This document shows, one piece after another, positions 17,581-26,294 of a stretch of 64,000 nucleotides of DNA. A model generated the notes under the pieces. The model made no database searches. It had not been told where the DNA came from and was given only the letters and a program-made list of their open reading frames with translations. Location: NCBI GenBank assembly GCA_964535105.1, contig CAZHSO010000001.1, forward strand, positions 1,779 to 65,778. Reading direction: 5' to 3'. This stretch comes from an uncultured Gemmatimonas sp. (GTDB lineage Bacteria > Gemmatimonadota > Gemmatimonadetes > Gemmatimonadales > GWC2-71-9). How positions within the stretch are numbered: the stretch's first letter is position 1; each line of letters starts with the position of its first letter. A program made the position numbers and the translations under genes.

Positions 17581-17624
17581 TGGGCGATGAGGGGTTCGAA
17601 CCCCCGACCTCGCGCATGTGAGGC
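17581..17624 (-). repeat. tRNA-Val 3'-half copy C (att-like direct repeat)
   Basis: 43/44 identical to 20969-21012. Identity stops abruptly inside the anticodon stem. Confidence 0.9.
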
Positions 17625-17781
17625 CGCTGGGGCACCGTGCACCAGCGCCGAAGGGCGTGTACCAACAACGACTTCGCCAATCCCAGCATCCGCTAGCGTT
17701 TGCCAGCGCCGGCTGGCTTGAAGCAGCATCTGTGACAACGGCGGGGGCTGGCCGGGCGCTTCTTCGGCGTCGCCAACGCGT

Positions 17782-20763
17782 CTACCGGCGGGCGCGGGCG
17801 CGGGCGCGCACCGCCACCAACTCGCGGATTTCGCTCAGCAGCTCTTCGCAGCCGCGCCCGCCCTTCTGTACGATCGCTTCCACGCCGCCGTTGAGCCGCC
17901 GGCGATCCTCCTCGGTGAGCACCTTCGCCGTGATGACGATCACGGAGAGCGTCGCCCGCGCTGGCTCGGCGCGGAGTTCCTCGAGGAACGCGAACCCGTC
18001 CATTTCGGGCATCATCAAGTCGAGGAGGACGATCTCTGGCGCGTGGTCGCGCAGGCGCTCGAGGCCGACGCGGCCGTTCTCCGCTTCGTCAACGGTCCAG
18101 CCGGCGCGCTCGAGCGTGCGGCGAACCATCAGGCGCGTGGCCTCGTCGTCCTCGACCACCAGCGCCCGCGCGCCCGCAGCGGCCTGTGCGCAACGTTGGA
18201 CCGCGGCGAGGAGGCGGGCCCGGTCGATCGGCTTCGAGAGATACTCCGTCGCGCCGAGAGCGAAGCCCATGCGCGTCTCATCCACGATCGTAGCCATGAC
18301 CACCGGGATGTCGGCCAGGGTGGCGTCGGATTTCAGCGCGGTGAGCACCGCCCAGCCGTCCATGCCGGGCATCATCACGTCGAGCGTGATCACGTCGGGG
18401 CGGAAGGCGCGCGCGCGCGCGATACCCGTCTTGCCGTCGGCCGCCTCCTCCACGCGATACCCCGCTTTGGTGAGGTGGCGCTGCAGGAGCGTGCGTGCCG
18501 CCGCGTCGTCGTCAATCACGAGCACCGTCAGCGCGCCCGCGCCCGAGGCGGACTCCGCGCGGACCTCCAGGGCCGCGGGCTCGTGGGGAAGCTGCGCGGG
18601 TAGCCGGACCGAAAACGTGGACCCCTTGCCGACGACGCTTTCCACGGCGATGTCGCCACCCATCAGTTCGCAAAACCGCTTGCTGATGGCGAGCCCAAGC
18701 CCAGTGCCGCCGTAGCGGCGCGAGGTCGACGCCTCGGCCTGCGAAAAAGCCTGGAAGAGCCGCGTCATCTGTTCCGGCGTCATCCCGATGCCGGTGTCGC
18801 TCACGCGGAACACGAGCCACGCCGCACCGTCGGCCGCGTCGCGCCGCAGCTCCAGCGTGATCACGCCGTCTTCGGTGAACTTGCTCGCGTTCGACAGCAG
18901 GTTGAGCAGGACCTGGCGCGTGCGGGTGAGGTCGGCGTGCATCAAGCCGGCGTCGGCCGCGATGCGCACGTCGAGCCGATTGCGGTTCTTCGCCACCAGA
19001 GGCCGCATGGTTTCCACGACGGCGTGGATCGCCTCGCGCACGTCGAAGGTCTCGGGCTGAAACTCCATCCTGCCGGCCTCGATCTTGGAGAGATCGAGCA
19101 CGTCGTTGATGAGCGTCAGCAAGTGCTTCCCGGCGACCTGGATCTTCTGGAGGTCGGGGATGAGATCGGGCTGTCCCCGCTCCGCCGCTTCTTCCTGCAG
19201 CATTTCGCTGTAGCCGAGGATGGCATTGAGCGGCGTGCGCAACTCGTGGCTCATTCCCGCGAGGAATTGGCTCTTGGCGGAATTGGCCGCTTCCGCGTCG
19301 TGGCGGGCCTCGAGCAATTCCGAAACGTCGTGGTACAGCGCCATAAAACCCACGCGCCGCCCGTCCACGAACACCGGGACGCTATAGAAGTCCACCTCGA
19401 CCAGCGTGCCGTCCTTGCGGAGCCGCGGGCTGGTGCCGTGTACCGGCTCGTTGAGCCCCTGGAGCGAGTACGCGACGGCCGCCGCGCGCATCTCCTCATT
19501 GGTCACCATGTCATCGAGGTTGCGGCCGATCGCCTCGGCGCTCGTGTACCCGAACAGTTTCTCGAATCCGGGATTGCACGACACGACGTCCTGCCGTTCG
19601 TCCACCACGACGATGGCGACCGGGCTATTGGCCAGCAGTTGTTCGAAGTACTGACGCTGCCGGTGGGCGTCGGAGTAGAGCCGGGCGTTCTCAATGGCGA
19701 TTGCCGCCTGCGGGGCGAACAAGTTGAGCACGCGGAGATGTTCGGAACCAAACTGCTTGGCGGGATCCGAGTGCCAGACGCTCATGGCGCCCACCAGGCG
19801 GCGCCCCACCAGCAGCGGCACAACCACGAGGGCGTGGATGTCCATTGTGGCGTATTGCGCCGAGCGACCCCTCCATTGGCCGTAGTCGGGAATGATGAGT
19901 GGCTCGAGCGTTTCCGCGGCGAAACCCATCGCGCCTTCGCCGATCTTGAGACGCGTACCGGTGGTGCTGGTGGCCGTCCCGTAGTTCGCGGCGACAAGTA
20001 GTTCCGCGGTTTGCTCCGAGTAGGTGGCCAGTTCGCCGCCAGTCACCGCGAGCAGCGCGACAGCGCGGTCGAGGACACCCTGGAGCAGTTTGGACAACTC
20101 CAGCTCGGCGGACAGAGCGGCGAGCGTTTCGATAAGCGCCTGCTGCTCATCGGCGCGACGGCGCTCCGTGTCGAGCAGGCGGCGCTGGGTCTCGAGTAGA
20201 TGAGCGCGCGCGAGCGCGATGCTCGTCTGGATGGCGGCGGCGGTGAGGATCTCGAAGTCCTCTGGGGCAAACGCGTTCGGTCGGCGGCTCTGCACCATCA
20301 GGACGCCGATGGTGTTGTACCCAACCCGCAGCGGAAGGTCCACTTCGGAGCCCGCGTCGTAACTCGAGACGTACGCGGGATCGCGAAGGACGTCCGGCGT
20401 ATAATGCAGCTTGCCGTCGAGCAGGGGCCGCTCGCTCAGCCCCTGTCCCTGGGGAATGCGGTATCCAGCCGTGGCCTGTGGCCATCCCACGCTCGCCTCG
20501 AGGACGCGGTCGTTCGTGGTTTCGTCCACCAGGAAGAGCGCGACCAGTTCGTATCCCAGCGCGTCATCGTGTAGCCCGTTGACCACGCGCTTGCAGATCG
20601 CGTGCGGGTCGATCCCCGCGGCGACCTCGCCGCTCAACCGGAGGAGCGCGGAAAGTCGGCGTGCCTGGTTTCCCGCGGTCGTCGCGGCCGGTGTGGCGGA
20701 ACGTGGGGAGGAAGGCTTGGCTCCGGCGGCGCGGGAATGGGTGCCGGGTCGCTGCTTGGGCAT
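17782..20763 (-). CDS. cytoplasmic hybrid sensor histidine kinase (GAF-GAF-PAS-HisKA-HATPase-REC-REC)
   Basis: H-box SHELRTPLNAILGY, the G-boxes DTGIGM and GTGLGLAI, and two receiver domains (VLVIDDD...DVMMPGMDG; ALVVEDD...DLMMPEMDG). No transmembrane segments seen. Confidence 0.9.
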   Translation of the reverse strand: MPKQRPGTHSRAAGAKPSSPRSATPAATTAGNQARRLSALLRLSGEVAAGIDPHAICKRVVNGLHDDALGYELVALFLVDETTNDRVLEASVGWPQATAGYRIPQGQGLSERPLLDGKLHYTPDVLRDPAYVSSYDAGSEVDLPLRVGYNTIGVLMVQSRRPNAFAPEDFEILTAAAIQTSIALARAHLLETQRRLLDTERRRADEQQALIETLAALSAELELSKLLQGVLDRAVALLAVTGGELATYSEQTAELLVAANYGTATSTTGTRLKIGEGAMGFAAETLEPLIIPDYGQWRGRSAQYATMDIHALVVVPLLVGRRLVGAMSVWHSDPAKQFGSEHLRVLNLFAPQAAIAIENARLYSDAHRQRQYFEQLLANSPVAIVVVDERQDVVSCNPGFEKLFGYTSAEAIGRNLDDMVTNEEMRAAAVAYSLQGLNEPVHGTSPRLRKDGTLVEVDFYSVPVFVDGRRVGFMALYHDVSELLEARHDAEAANSAKSQFLAGMSHELRTPLNAILGYSEMLQEEAAERGQPDLIPDLQKIQVAGKHLLTLINDVLDLSKIEAGRMEFQPETFDVREAIHAVVETMRPLVAKNRNRLDVRIAADAGLMHADLTRTRQVLLNLLSNASKFTEDGVITLELRRDAADGAAWLVFRVSDTGIGMTPEQMTRLFQAFSQAEASTSRRYGGTGLGLAISKRFCELMGGDIAVESVVGKGSTFSVRLPAQLPHEPAALEVRAESASGAGALTVLVIDDDAAARTLLQRHLTKAGYRVEEAADGKTGIARARAFRPDVITLDVMMPGMDGWAVLTALKSDATLADIPVVMATIVDETRMGFALGATEYLSKPIDRARLLAAVQRCAQAAAGARALVVEDDEATRLMVRRTLERAGWTVDEAENGRVGLERLRDHAPEIVLLDLMMPEMDGFAFLEELRAEPARATLSVIVITAKVLTEEDRRRLNGGVEAIVQKGGRGCEELLSEIRELVAVRARARARR

Positions 20764-20925
20764 CGTCGCGTCGAGGAATAAGGAATCGGAATTCCCTTCG
20801 CCCCTGGCAACCTACAACGCCTGGCGCGGGCTGTCCACTCGGCGCCCCACGCCGGCCCTCCGTAGGAGCGGGGAACAGACGCAATTCTTGTGACGATCTC
20901 GCACCTACCTTGAAACAACGAACGA

Positions 20926-20953
20926 GCCCCGCCAGCGAAACCGCTGGCGGGGC
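20926..20953 (-). terminator. terminator hairpin downstream of tRNA-Val
   Basis: GCCCCGCCAGCG-AAAC-CGCTGGCGGGGC. On the minus strand it is followed by TCGTTCGTTGTTTC. Confidence 0.7.
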
Positions 20954-20968
20954 ATTTCACTTCCGCAG

Positions 20969-21042
20969 TGGGCGATGAGGGGCTCGAACCCCCGACCTCG
21001 CGCATGTGAGGCGCGCGCTCTAACCAGCTGAGCTAATCGCCC
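20969..21042 (-). tRNA. tRNA-Val (anticodon CAC)
   Basis: Reverse complement GGGCGAT-TA-GCTC-AGCTGGTTA-GAGC-G-CGCGC-CTCACAT-GCGCG-AGGTC-GGGGG-TTCGAGC-CCCTC-ATCGCCC-A folds as a canonical cloverleaf. CCA is not encoded. Confidence 0.92.
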
Positions 21043-21083
21043 GATTTTTCGGGAAGGGGAAAGTACCTATTCAGGTGGAGAGG

Positions 21084-21170
21084 GTCAACGGAGAGTGTCA
21101 CCCTGAGGGTAGCGAAGGGCTCGGGCGGACAAATGCTTTTCCCGTTGACCGTTGACCGTTCACCGTTGAC
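21084..21170. repeat. composite intergenic element: gtcaacgg ... GTCACCCTGAGGGTAGCGAAGGGC core ... (CGTTSAC)4 heptamer array
   Basis: gtcaacgg at 21084-21091 is complementary to the array ccgttgaccgttgaccgttcaccgttgac at 21142-21170. The core motif lies at 21097-21124. Confidence 0.8.
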
Positions 21171-21178
21171 GCAGTTCC

Positions 21179-22219
21179 TCAGATGACTCCCCCTCGCCGC
21201 AAGCGCCCAATCGCGTCGTGCCGCTCCTCGTGCACCGCCAGCACCTCCGCCGGTGCCACCGTCGCCACACCCGCCTTCGCGACCTCGAGCCCCGCCGCGT
21301 AATTGGCGAGGTTGGCTGCTTCGCGCACCGATGCCCCCGCGGCGAGCGCCGTCGCGACCCACGCGGTGACCGTGTCTCCCGCGCCCGAGACGTCGAACAC
21401 TTCGCGCGCGAGGCTCGCGATGTGGGTGATGACCTGATCGTTGGTGACCAGCACCATCCCGTCGGCGCCGAGGGTCAGGAGCAGATTGTCGACCCCGAGC
21501 TTCTGCAGCGCTTCCTGCAGCGCGTTCTGGCCCGAGAGGTCCAGCGTGGCGCCCAGCGCCGCCTCGAGCTCGCGCCGGTTGGGCTTGAACACAGTGGCGC
21601 CGCGGTACGCGAAGAAATTCCGGAACTTGGGATCGACCACCACCGGAATGCCGCGGCGCCGCGCGGCGGCAGTCGCCGCGGTGATCAGCGCTTCGGTGAG
21701 CGTACCCTTGTTGTAGTCCTCGAGCACGAGCCCATCCGCGTCCACCAGCGCGGCCAGCGCCGTCGAGATGAGGCGCTCCTGATCCTGGCCCTCGAGCGGC
21801 GACTCGATCTCCTCGTCGATGCGGACGATCTGCTGGTTGCGCGCCAGCACGCGGGTCTTGGTCGTGGTGGGCCGGCCGGAGACCGGGACCAGGTGCCGGT
21901 CCTCCAGTTGCGCGGCCGCGAGCTCGGCCCTGATCGTGGCGGCGTGGCTGTCGTCTCCCACGGCGCCCACCAGCCGGCACGACGCGCCGATCGCCGCCAC
22001 ATTCGCGGCGACGTTGGCCGCTCCGCCCAGCGCGCTCCGGGTTTCGCGCACGGTGATCACCGGAACGGGGGCCTCGGGAGAGAGGCGGTAGGTGTCACCG
22101 AGGAGGTAGCGATCGAGCATCACGTCGCCGATGACGACCATGCGGCGGCTCTTCATCCGGTCGAGCAGCTGCACCAGGCGATCGCGTGCGATGGGCGGCT
22201 GCGACGGGGTGGGTCTCAT
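21179..22219 (-). CDS. hldA: D-glycero-beta-D-manno-heptose-7-phosphate kinase (RfaE/HldE domain I, PfkB family)
   Basis: N-terminus ...VVIGDVMLDRYLLGDTYRLSPEAPVPV and C-terminus DVSGAGDTV. The length fits a kinase-only protein. Confidence 0.8.
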   Translation of the reverse strand: MRPTPSQPPIARDRLVQLLDRMKSRRMVVIGDVMLDRYLLGDTYRLSPEAPVPVITVRETRSALGGAANVAANVAAIGASCRLVGAVGDDSHAATIRAELAAAQLEDRHLVPVSGRPTTTKTRVLARNQQIVRIDEEIESPLEGQDQERLISTALAALVDADGLVLEDYNKGTLTEALITAATAAARRRGIPVVVDPKFRNFFAYRGATVFKPNRRELEAALGATLDLSGQNALQEALQKLGVDNLLLTLGADGMVLVTNDQVITHIASLAREVFDVSGAGDTVTAWVATALAAGASVREAANLANYAAGLEVAKAGVATVAPAEVLAVHEERHDAIGRLRRGGVI

Positions 22220-22272
22220 GGGCGGGAAAGGTAATCCGCGCTCCCTGCCCGCGCCGCTATCTTTCCTGGCTG

Positions 22273-23292
22273 ATGAGCTCCTCCGGGTTCCGCGTCGAAG
22301 CCATTCGTGGCCCCCTCACCGAATCGGTGCACCGCATCTCCGTCGCCGTCGTGCAGGCCGACGGCCGTCTGCTCGCGTCCGCCGGCGATCCCGGGCACGT
22401 CACCTGGTGGCGGTCCGCCGCCAAGCCGTTCCAGGCAATGCCGCTGGTCGAGGACGGCGTGGCCGAGCGCTTCGGGCTCAGCAGCCCCGAGCTGGCGCTC
22501 GCCTGCGCGTCGCACTCGAGCGAAGCTCCCCATCTCGAAGCAATAGACCGTTTCATGGCGAAGGTGGGCATCGGGGAGAGCGATCTCGCCTGCGGGGTCC
22601 ATCCGCCGATCTCTCCCGACAGCGCGAAGGCGGTGCTCTGCGGCACCTCGACCATGACGCCGAAATGGAGCAACTGCTCCGGCAAGCACACCGGGATGCT
22701 GGCCCTCGCCAAGCATCACGGTTGGCCGCTCGAGGGGTACAACGCCCAGGGCCATCCGGTGCAGGAGCGGATTCTCGACGTGGTGACGCAGTGGACCGGC
22801 GTCGCCCGGGGCGAAATCCGGACCGCGCCCGATGGCTGTACCGCGGTGTGCTTCGCGCTCCCGCTCCGTAACATGGCGCTGGCCTTCGCCCGGCTCGGCG
22901 CCTCCGACGCCGCCGCGCCGCGGCGGATCACGGGCGCGATGATGGCCCATCCGTTTCTGGTCGCGGGAACCGGCAGGCTCTGCACCGACCTGATGGCCGG
23001 ATGGCCGGGCAACATCATCGCCAAGATCGGCGCCGACGGAATCTATTGCGCGGCGCTGCGCTGGCTCGGGTTGGGTGTCGCCCTCAAGGTCGAGGATGGC
23101 GACATGCACGCCTCCGCTGTGGCGCTGCTCGACGTGCTTCGCCAGGTCCTCGAGCGCGCCGCCGCGGTACCGTTCGCGCCGTATTCCCTGGAGAGCCTCG
23201 CGGCCTATGCCCGCCCGCCCATCGTCAATACCCGGGGCGTGGTCACCGGTGAGCTTCGGCCCGCGGGTGCACTGCAGTTCTTCGATGTCTGA
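22273..23292 (+). CDS. asparaginase II-family (PF06089-like) protein
   Basis: I chose ATG 22273 because the listed start 22186 overlaps the divergent hldA gene. Motifs WRSAAKPFQAMP, ACASHSSE, CSGKHTGMLA and KIGADG. Confidence 0.7.
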   Translation: MSSSGFRVEAIRGPLTESVHRISVAVVQADGRLLASAGDPGHVTWWRSAAKPFQAMPLVEDGVAERFGLSSPELALACASHSSEAPHLEAIDRFMAKVGIGESDLACGVHPPISPDSAKAVLCGTSTMTPKWSNCSGKHTGMLALAKHHGWPLEGYNAQGHPVQERILDVVTQWTGVARGEIRTAPDGCTAVCFALPLRNMALAFARLGASDAAAPRRITGAMMAHPFLVAGTGRLCTDLMAGWPGNIIAKIGADGIYCAALRWLGLGVALKVEDGDMHASAVALLDVLRQVLERAAAVPFAPYSLESLAAYARPPIVNTRGVVTGELRPAGALQFFDV

Positions 23293-23328
23293 CGCGTTCG
23301 GGTGGTTCTCTCGGGAACCTCTCCCGGT

Positions 23329-23949
23329 ATGAACTTGAGGGCGCTGGACGACGCGACCCGGGCACTCGTGGGGCTCGCGGCGGCAATCGCCGGCGGGGAC
23401 GAGGCGGCGGTCGAGCTGCACTGTCGCACCTGTCTGGCCGAAGGGGCTCCCGAGACGTGGGTGGACGAGCTGCTGCTCCAGTCCACCCTGATGGTCGGCT
23501 GGCCGCGCGCGCTCTCCGCCGCCGCGATCTGGCGAGGAATCGGCGGTCCCGCGCGATCGCTGGAAGACGGCGCGGGATACGGTGCGACGCTGGAGTGGCG
23601 CACCCGCGGGGAGGCTGTGTGCCGGGTCATCTACGGAACGAACTACGACCGGCTGCGCGCCAATATCCGGGAGCTGCACCCCGCCCTCGATGCCTGGATG
23701 GTCACCGAGGGGTACGGTCGAACGCTGGGGCGGCCGGGACTGGATCTGGCCCGGCGCGAACTCGCGGTCGTGGTGCAGGTCGCGGTCCAGGGCGCGGAGC
23801 GGCAGCTCCACTCCCATCTCAGGGGGGCGCTCAACGCCGGTGTGGCGCCCGGGGTCCTCGGAGAGGCTCTTGACATCGTGCGGCCGATGCTCGGCTCTCG
23901 CGAGCGCGCGCTGCTGGCATCTCTCTGGGATCGGATGGGTGCGTCATGA
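23329..23949 (+). CDS. carboxymuconolactone decarboxylase (AhpD-like) family protein
   Basis: Two CMD-like helical halves (LVGLAAAIAGGD...; ...VVVQVAVQGAERQLHSHLRGALNAGV). Start chosen at ATG 23329; the listed GTG is at 23302. Confidence 0.6.
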   Translation: MNLRALDDATRALVGLAAAIAGGDEAAVELHCRTCLAEGAPETWVDELLLQSTLMVGWPRALSAAAIWRGIGGPARSLEDGAGYGATLEWRTRGEAVCRVIYGTNYDRLRANIRELHPALDAWMVTEGYGRTLGRPGLDLARRELAVVVQVAVQGAERQLHSHLRGALNAGVAPGVLGEALDIVRPMLGSRERALLASLWDRMGAS

Positions 23950-24977
23950 CTTTTATCGATCGCGCCCTGGTGCACGTCGTCGCGGGCACCGGCGGATCCG
24001 GCTCGAGCTCATTCGCACGATTCAAGTATGTGCCCAAGGGCGGCCCCGACGGCGGTGACGGCGGACACGGCGGGAGCATCTATGTGCGGGGCGACGCGAA
24101 CCTCTCCACGCTCCTCGACTATCGCTATCGCACGTCATGGAAAGCGGAGCGCGGCCAGCACGGCAAGGGAAAGACGATGACGGGCCGGTCGGGAGATGAT
24201 CTCTATCTCCCGGTGCCCCCCGGAACCGAGGTGCGCGATGCGGCGACCGGCGAGCTGATCGGAGAAATCCTCCGCGCGGACGACGAGCTGCTCGTCGCCA
24301 AGGGAGGGCGCGGAGGGCGGGGGAATGCCCGATTCGCCACGCCGACCCACCAGGCACCGAGGGAATGGGAGCCGGGCCAGGAGGGGCAGGACCGGCAGAT
24401 CGAGCTGGTGCTCAAGCTGATCGCCGACGTGGGACTCGTGGGAGAGCCCAACGCCGGAAAAAGCAGCTTGCTCGCCGCCATCTCCGCCGCGCGCCCGAAG
24501 ATCGCCGACTATCCTTTCACGACGCTGGAGCCCAACCTGGGCGTCGTCGGGCTCAGCGGGTCGCGCTCATTCGTCGTGGCCGACATTCCCGGCATCATCG
24601 AGGGAGCGCACCAGGGCAAGGGGCTCGGACACAAGTTTCTGCAGCATATCGAGCGCACCAGGGTGCTCGCATACCTTATCCCGCTCGACAGCGAAGATGT
24701 GCAGGCCGTGTACCGGCGGCTGCGTCGCGAGCTCCGGGAATACAGTGCTCTCCTCCACGACAAGCCGCACCTCATCGTGCTCACCAAGAGCGACCTGATC
24801 CCTCCCGGGGACCCCATCCCGGTGGTCGAGGCTCCGGAGGCACGCGGGACGATGGTGCTGTCGAGCGCCGCGCGCCTCGGCCTCGAGCCGTTCACCTCGA
24901 AGCTCTGGGATCTGGTGACGGAGGCGCGCGCCGCCGATCTCGTCGTCCATGAATTCGGAGACGATGCCGATGGATGA
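23946..24977 (+). CDS. obg: GTPase Obg
   Basis: Gly-rich Obg fold (GGPDGGDGGHGGSIY), then G1 GEPNAGKSSL, DIPGIIEGA and TKSD. Confidence 0.92.
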   Translation: MTFIDRALVHVVAGTGGSGSSSFARFKYVPKGGPDGGDGGHGGSIYVRGDANLSTLLDYRYRTSWKAERGQHGKGKTMTGRSGDDLYLPVPPGTEVRDAATGELIGEILRADDELLVAKGGRGGRGNARFATPTHQAPREWEPGQEGQDRQIELVLKLIADVGLVGEPNAGKSSLLAAISAARPKIADYPFTTLEPNLGVVGLSGSRSFVVADIPGIIEGAHQGKGLGHKFLQHIERTRVLAYLIPLDSEDVQAVYRRLRRELREYSALLHDKPHLIVLTKSDLIPPGDPIPVVEAPEARGTMVLSSAARLGLEPFTSKLWDLVTEARAADLVVHEFGDDADG

Positions 24978-26064
24978 GTCGTACCTCGCGCTCGCGCTGG
25001 TGCCGGGGGTCGGCGCCGCGCGATTCGCCGCGCTCCTCGAACGATTCGAAACCCCGGACGGCGCCCTCTCGGCGCCGTTCGAGCTTTTACGCGCCGTCCC
25101 GGAGTTTCCCGCCGAGGTCGCCCATGCCGTCACGCAAGCGGATCGGGGAGCGGCGGAGCGCGCCCTGGCTCGGCTCGCCGGGTTAGGTGGAACGTTGCTT
25201 TGTCCCGGCGCGGATCGGTTCCCCGGCGCTCTCGGTGCGATCCCCGATCCGCCGCTTTGTCTTTTCGCCCTCGGAGATCTCGATCTCCTCGAGCGTCCCG
25301 CGCTCGCGATCGTCGGCAGCCGCGATCACTCGCACTATGGCGCCGAAGTGTGCCGGGCCCTGGCGCGGGCTGCGGCGGATGCCGGACTGGTCGTGGTGAG
25401 CGGGATGGCGCGGGGACTCGACGCCGTGGCGCACACCGGCGCGCTCGATGCATCCGGTGGGACCATCGGCGTCCTGGGGAACGGCCTCGGCGTGATCTAT
25501 CCGCTCTCCAATCGACTGCTGTACCAGCGCGTGGCGGAGCGGGGGATCCTCCTTACCGAGTTTCCTCCAGGCCAGCGTCCCGGGCCCGGCAGCTTTCCGC
25601 GCCGCAACCGGCTGATCAGCGGACTCGCGCGGGTGACGGTCGTCGTCGAGGCCGCGATTGCCTCGGGGGCGCTGCAGACCGTCGCCTGCGCCCAGAATCA
25701 GGGAAAGGAGGTGATGGCGGTGCCTGGTCCGATCACGAGTCCGGTGTCCGGAGGGACCAACCGGCTGATTCGCGATGGAGCGGCGCCCCTGCTCGAGTTG
25801 GCGGATCTTTTCGCGCATTTTCCGGAGGCCGCCCGCGCGGCAAGAGGACGAGTCGCTCCCGAGGCGGGGACTCTCGCACCCACCGAGGGACGTATCGTGA
25901 ATGCGCTCTGGGCGGGCCCCCGTCGCACCGAGGAGCTGATCGAGGCCACCGGCGCTCCAGTGACCGACGCTCTCGACGCGCTCTCGTCGCTCGAGCTCGC
26001 AGGGAGAATTCGACAGCATGGCGGGGGGCTATATCAGTTGAACTCGAGCGGGTTGTTCGCATAG
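24949..26064 (+). CDS. dprA: DNA-processing protein DprA
   Basis: Motifs ALAIVGSRDHSHYG, SGMARGLDAVAH, FPRRNRLISGL, and a C-terminal winged-helix tail. The start could be an internal ATG (24964/24970). Confidence 0.88.
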   Translation: MNSETMPMDESYLALALVPGVGAARFAALLERFETPDGALSAPFELLRAVPEFPAEVAHAVTQADRGAAERALARLAGLGGTLLCPGADRFPGALGAIPDPPLCLFALGDLDLLERPALAIVGSRDHSHYGAEVCRALARAAADAGLVVVSGMARGLDAVAHTGALDASGGTIGVLGNGLGVIYPLSNRLLYQRVAERGILLTEFPPGQRPGPGSFPRRNRLISGLARVTVVVEAAIASGALQTVACAQNQGKEVMAVPGPITSPVSGGTNRLIRDGAAPLLELADLFAHFPEAARAARGRVAPEAGTLAPTEGRIVNALWAGPRRTEELIEATGAPVTDALDALSSLELAGRIRQHGGGLYQLNSSGLFA

Positions 26065-26078
26065 ATCCTGCGCGTGGA

Positions 26079-26268
26079 CCGTTGACCCACAGATCTCACA
26101 GATTCACGCAGATTTGGATTCCTGGTCGCGACACCATTGCATCGGTGACATCAGTGGGCGCTGTGTTTTCGCACTTCGTGGCATGTGTGAGCGTCGTTGT
26201 TGGGGGCTTGAGTCGGCTCAGGATGGTAAGAGGTGGTTCCGTTCACCGTTGACCGTTCACCGTTCACG
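26079..26268. repeat. composite intergenic repeats: CACAGAT-type triplet and (CGTTSAC)4 heptamer array
   Basis: ccgttgaccc at 26079-26088. cacagatctcacagattcacgcagatttggatt at 26088-26120. ccgttcaccgttgaccgttcaccgttcacg at 26239-26268. Confidence 0.8.
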
Positions 26269-26294
26269 CTGTCCGAGGTGATATTTCCCGGACG

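Noticed and set aside
17618-18715. 365-aa plus-strand ORF starting in tRNA-Val copy C
   Set aside because: It lies antisense to the histidine kinase receiver domains. Its Ser/Arg/Ala-rich junk composition marks it as not a gene.
12332-21042. Integron-like cassette array (group IIC introns are known to target attC sites)
   Set aside because: - The boundary repeats are tRNA-derived, not attC-type imperfect palindromes with GTTRRRY cores.
- Cassettes are multi-gene, in both orientations and carry their own promoters and terminators.
- No intI gene is present.
26161-26200. CIRCE (HrcA operator) upstream of hemW-hrcA; also a half-site AGCACTC at ~8581 upstream of hflX
   Set aside because: At 26161-26200, ttcgcactt-N9 matches only the left half (7/9) and the right half is not its inverted complement. 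The site at 8581 lacks any right half.
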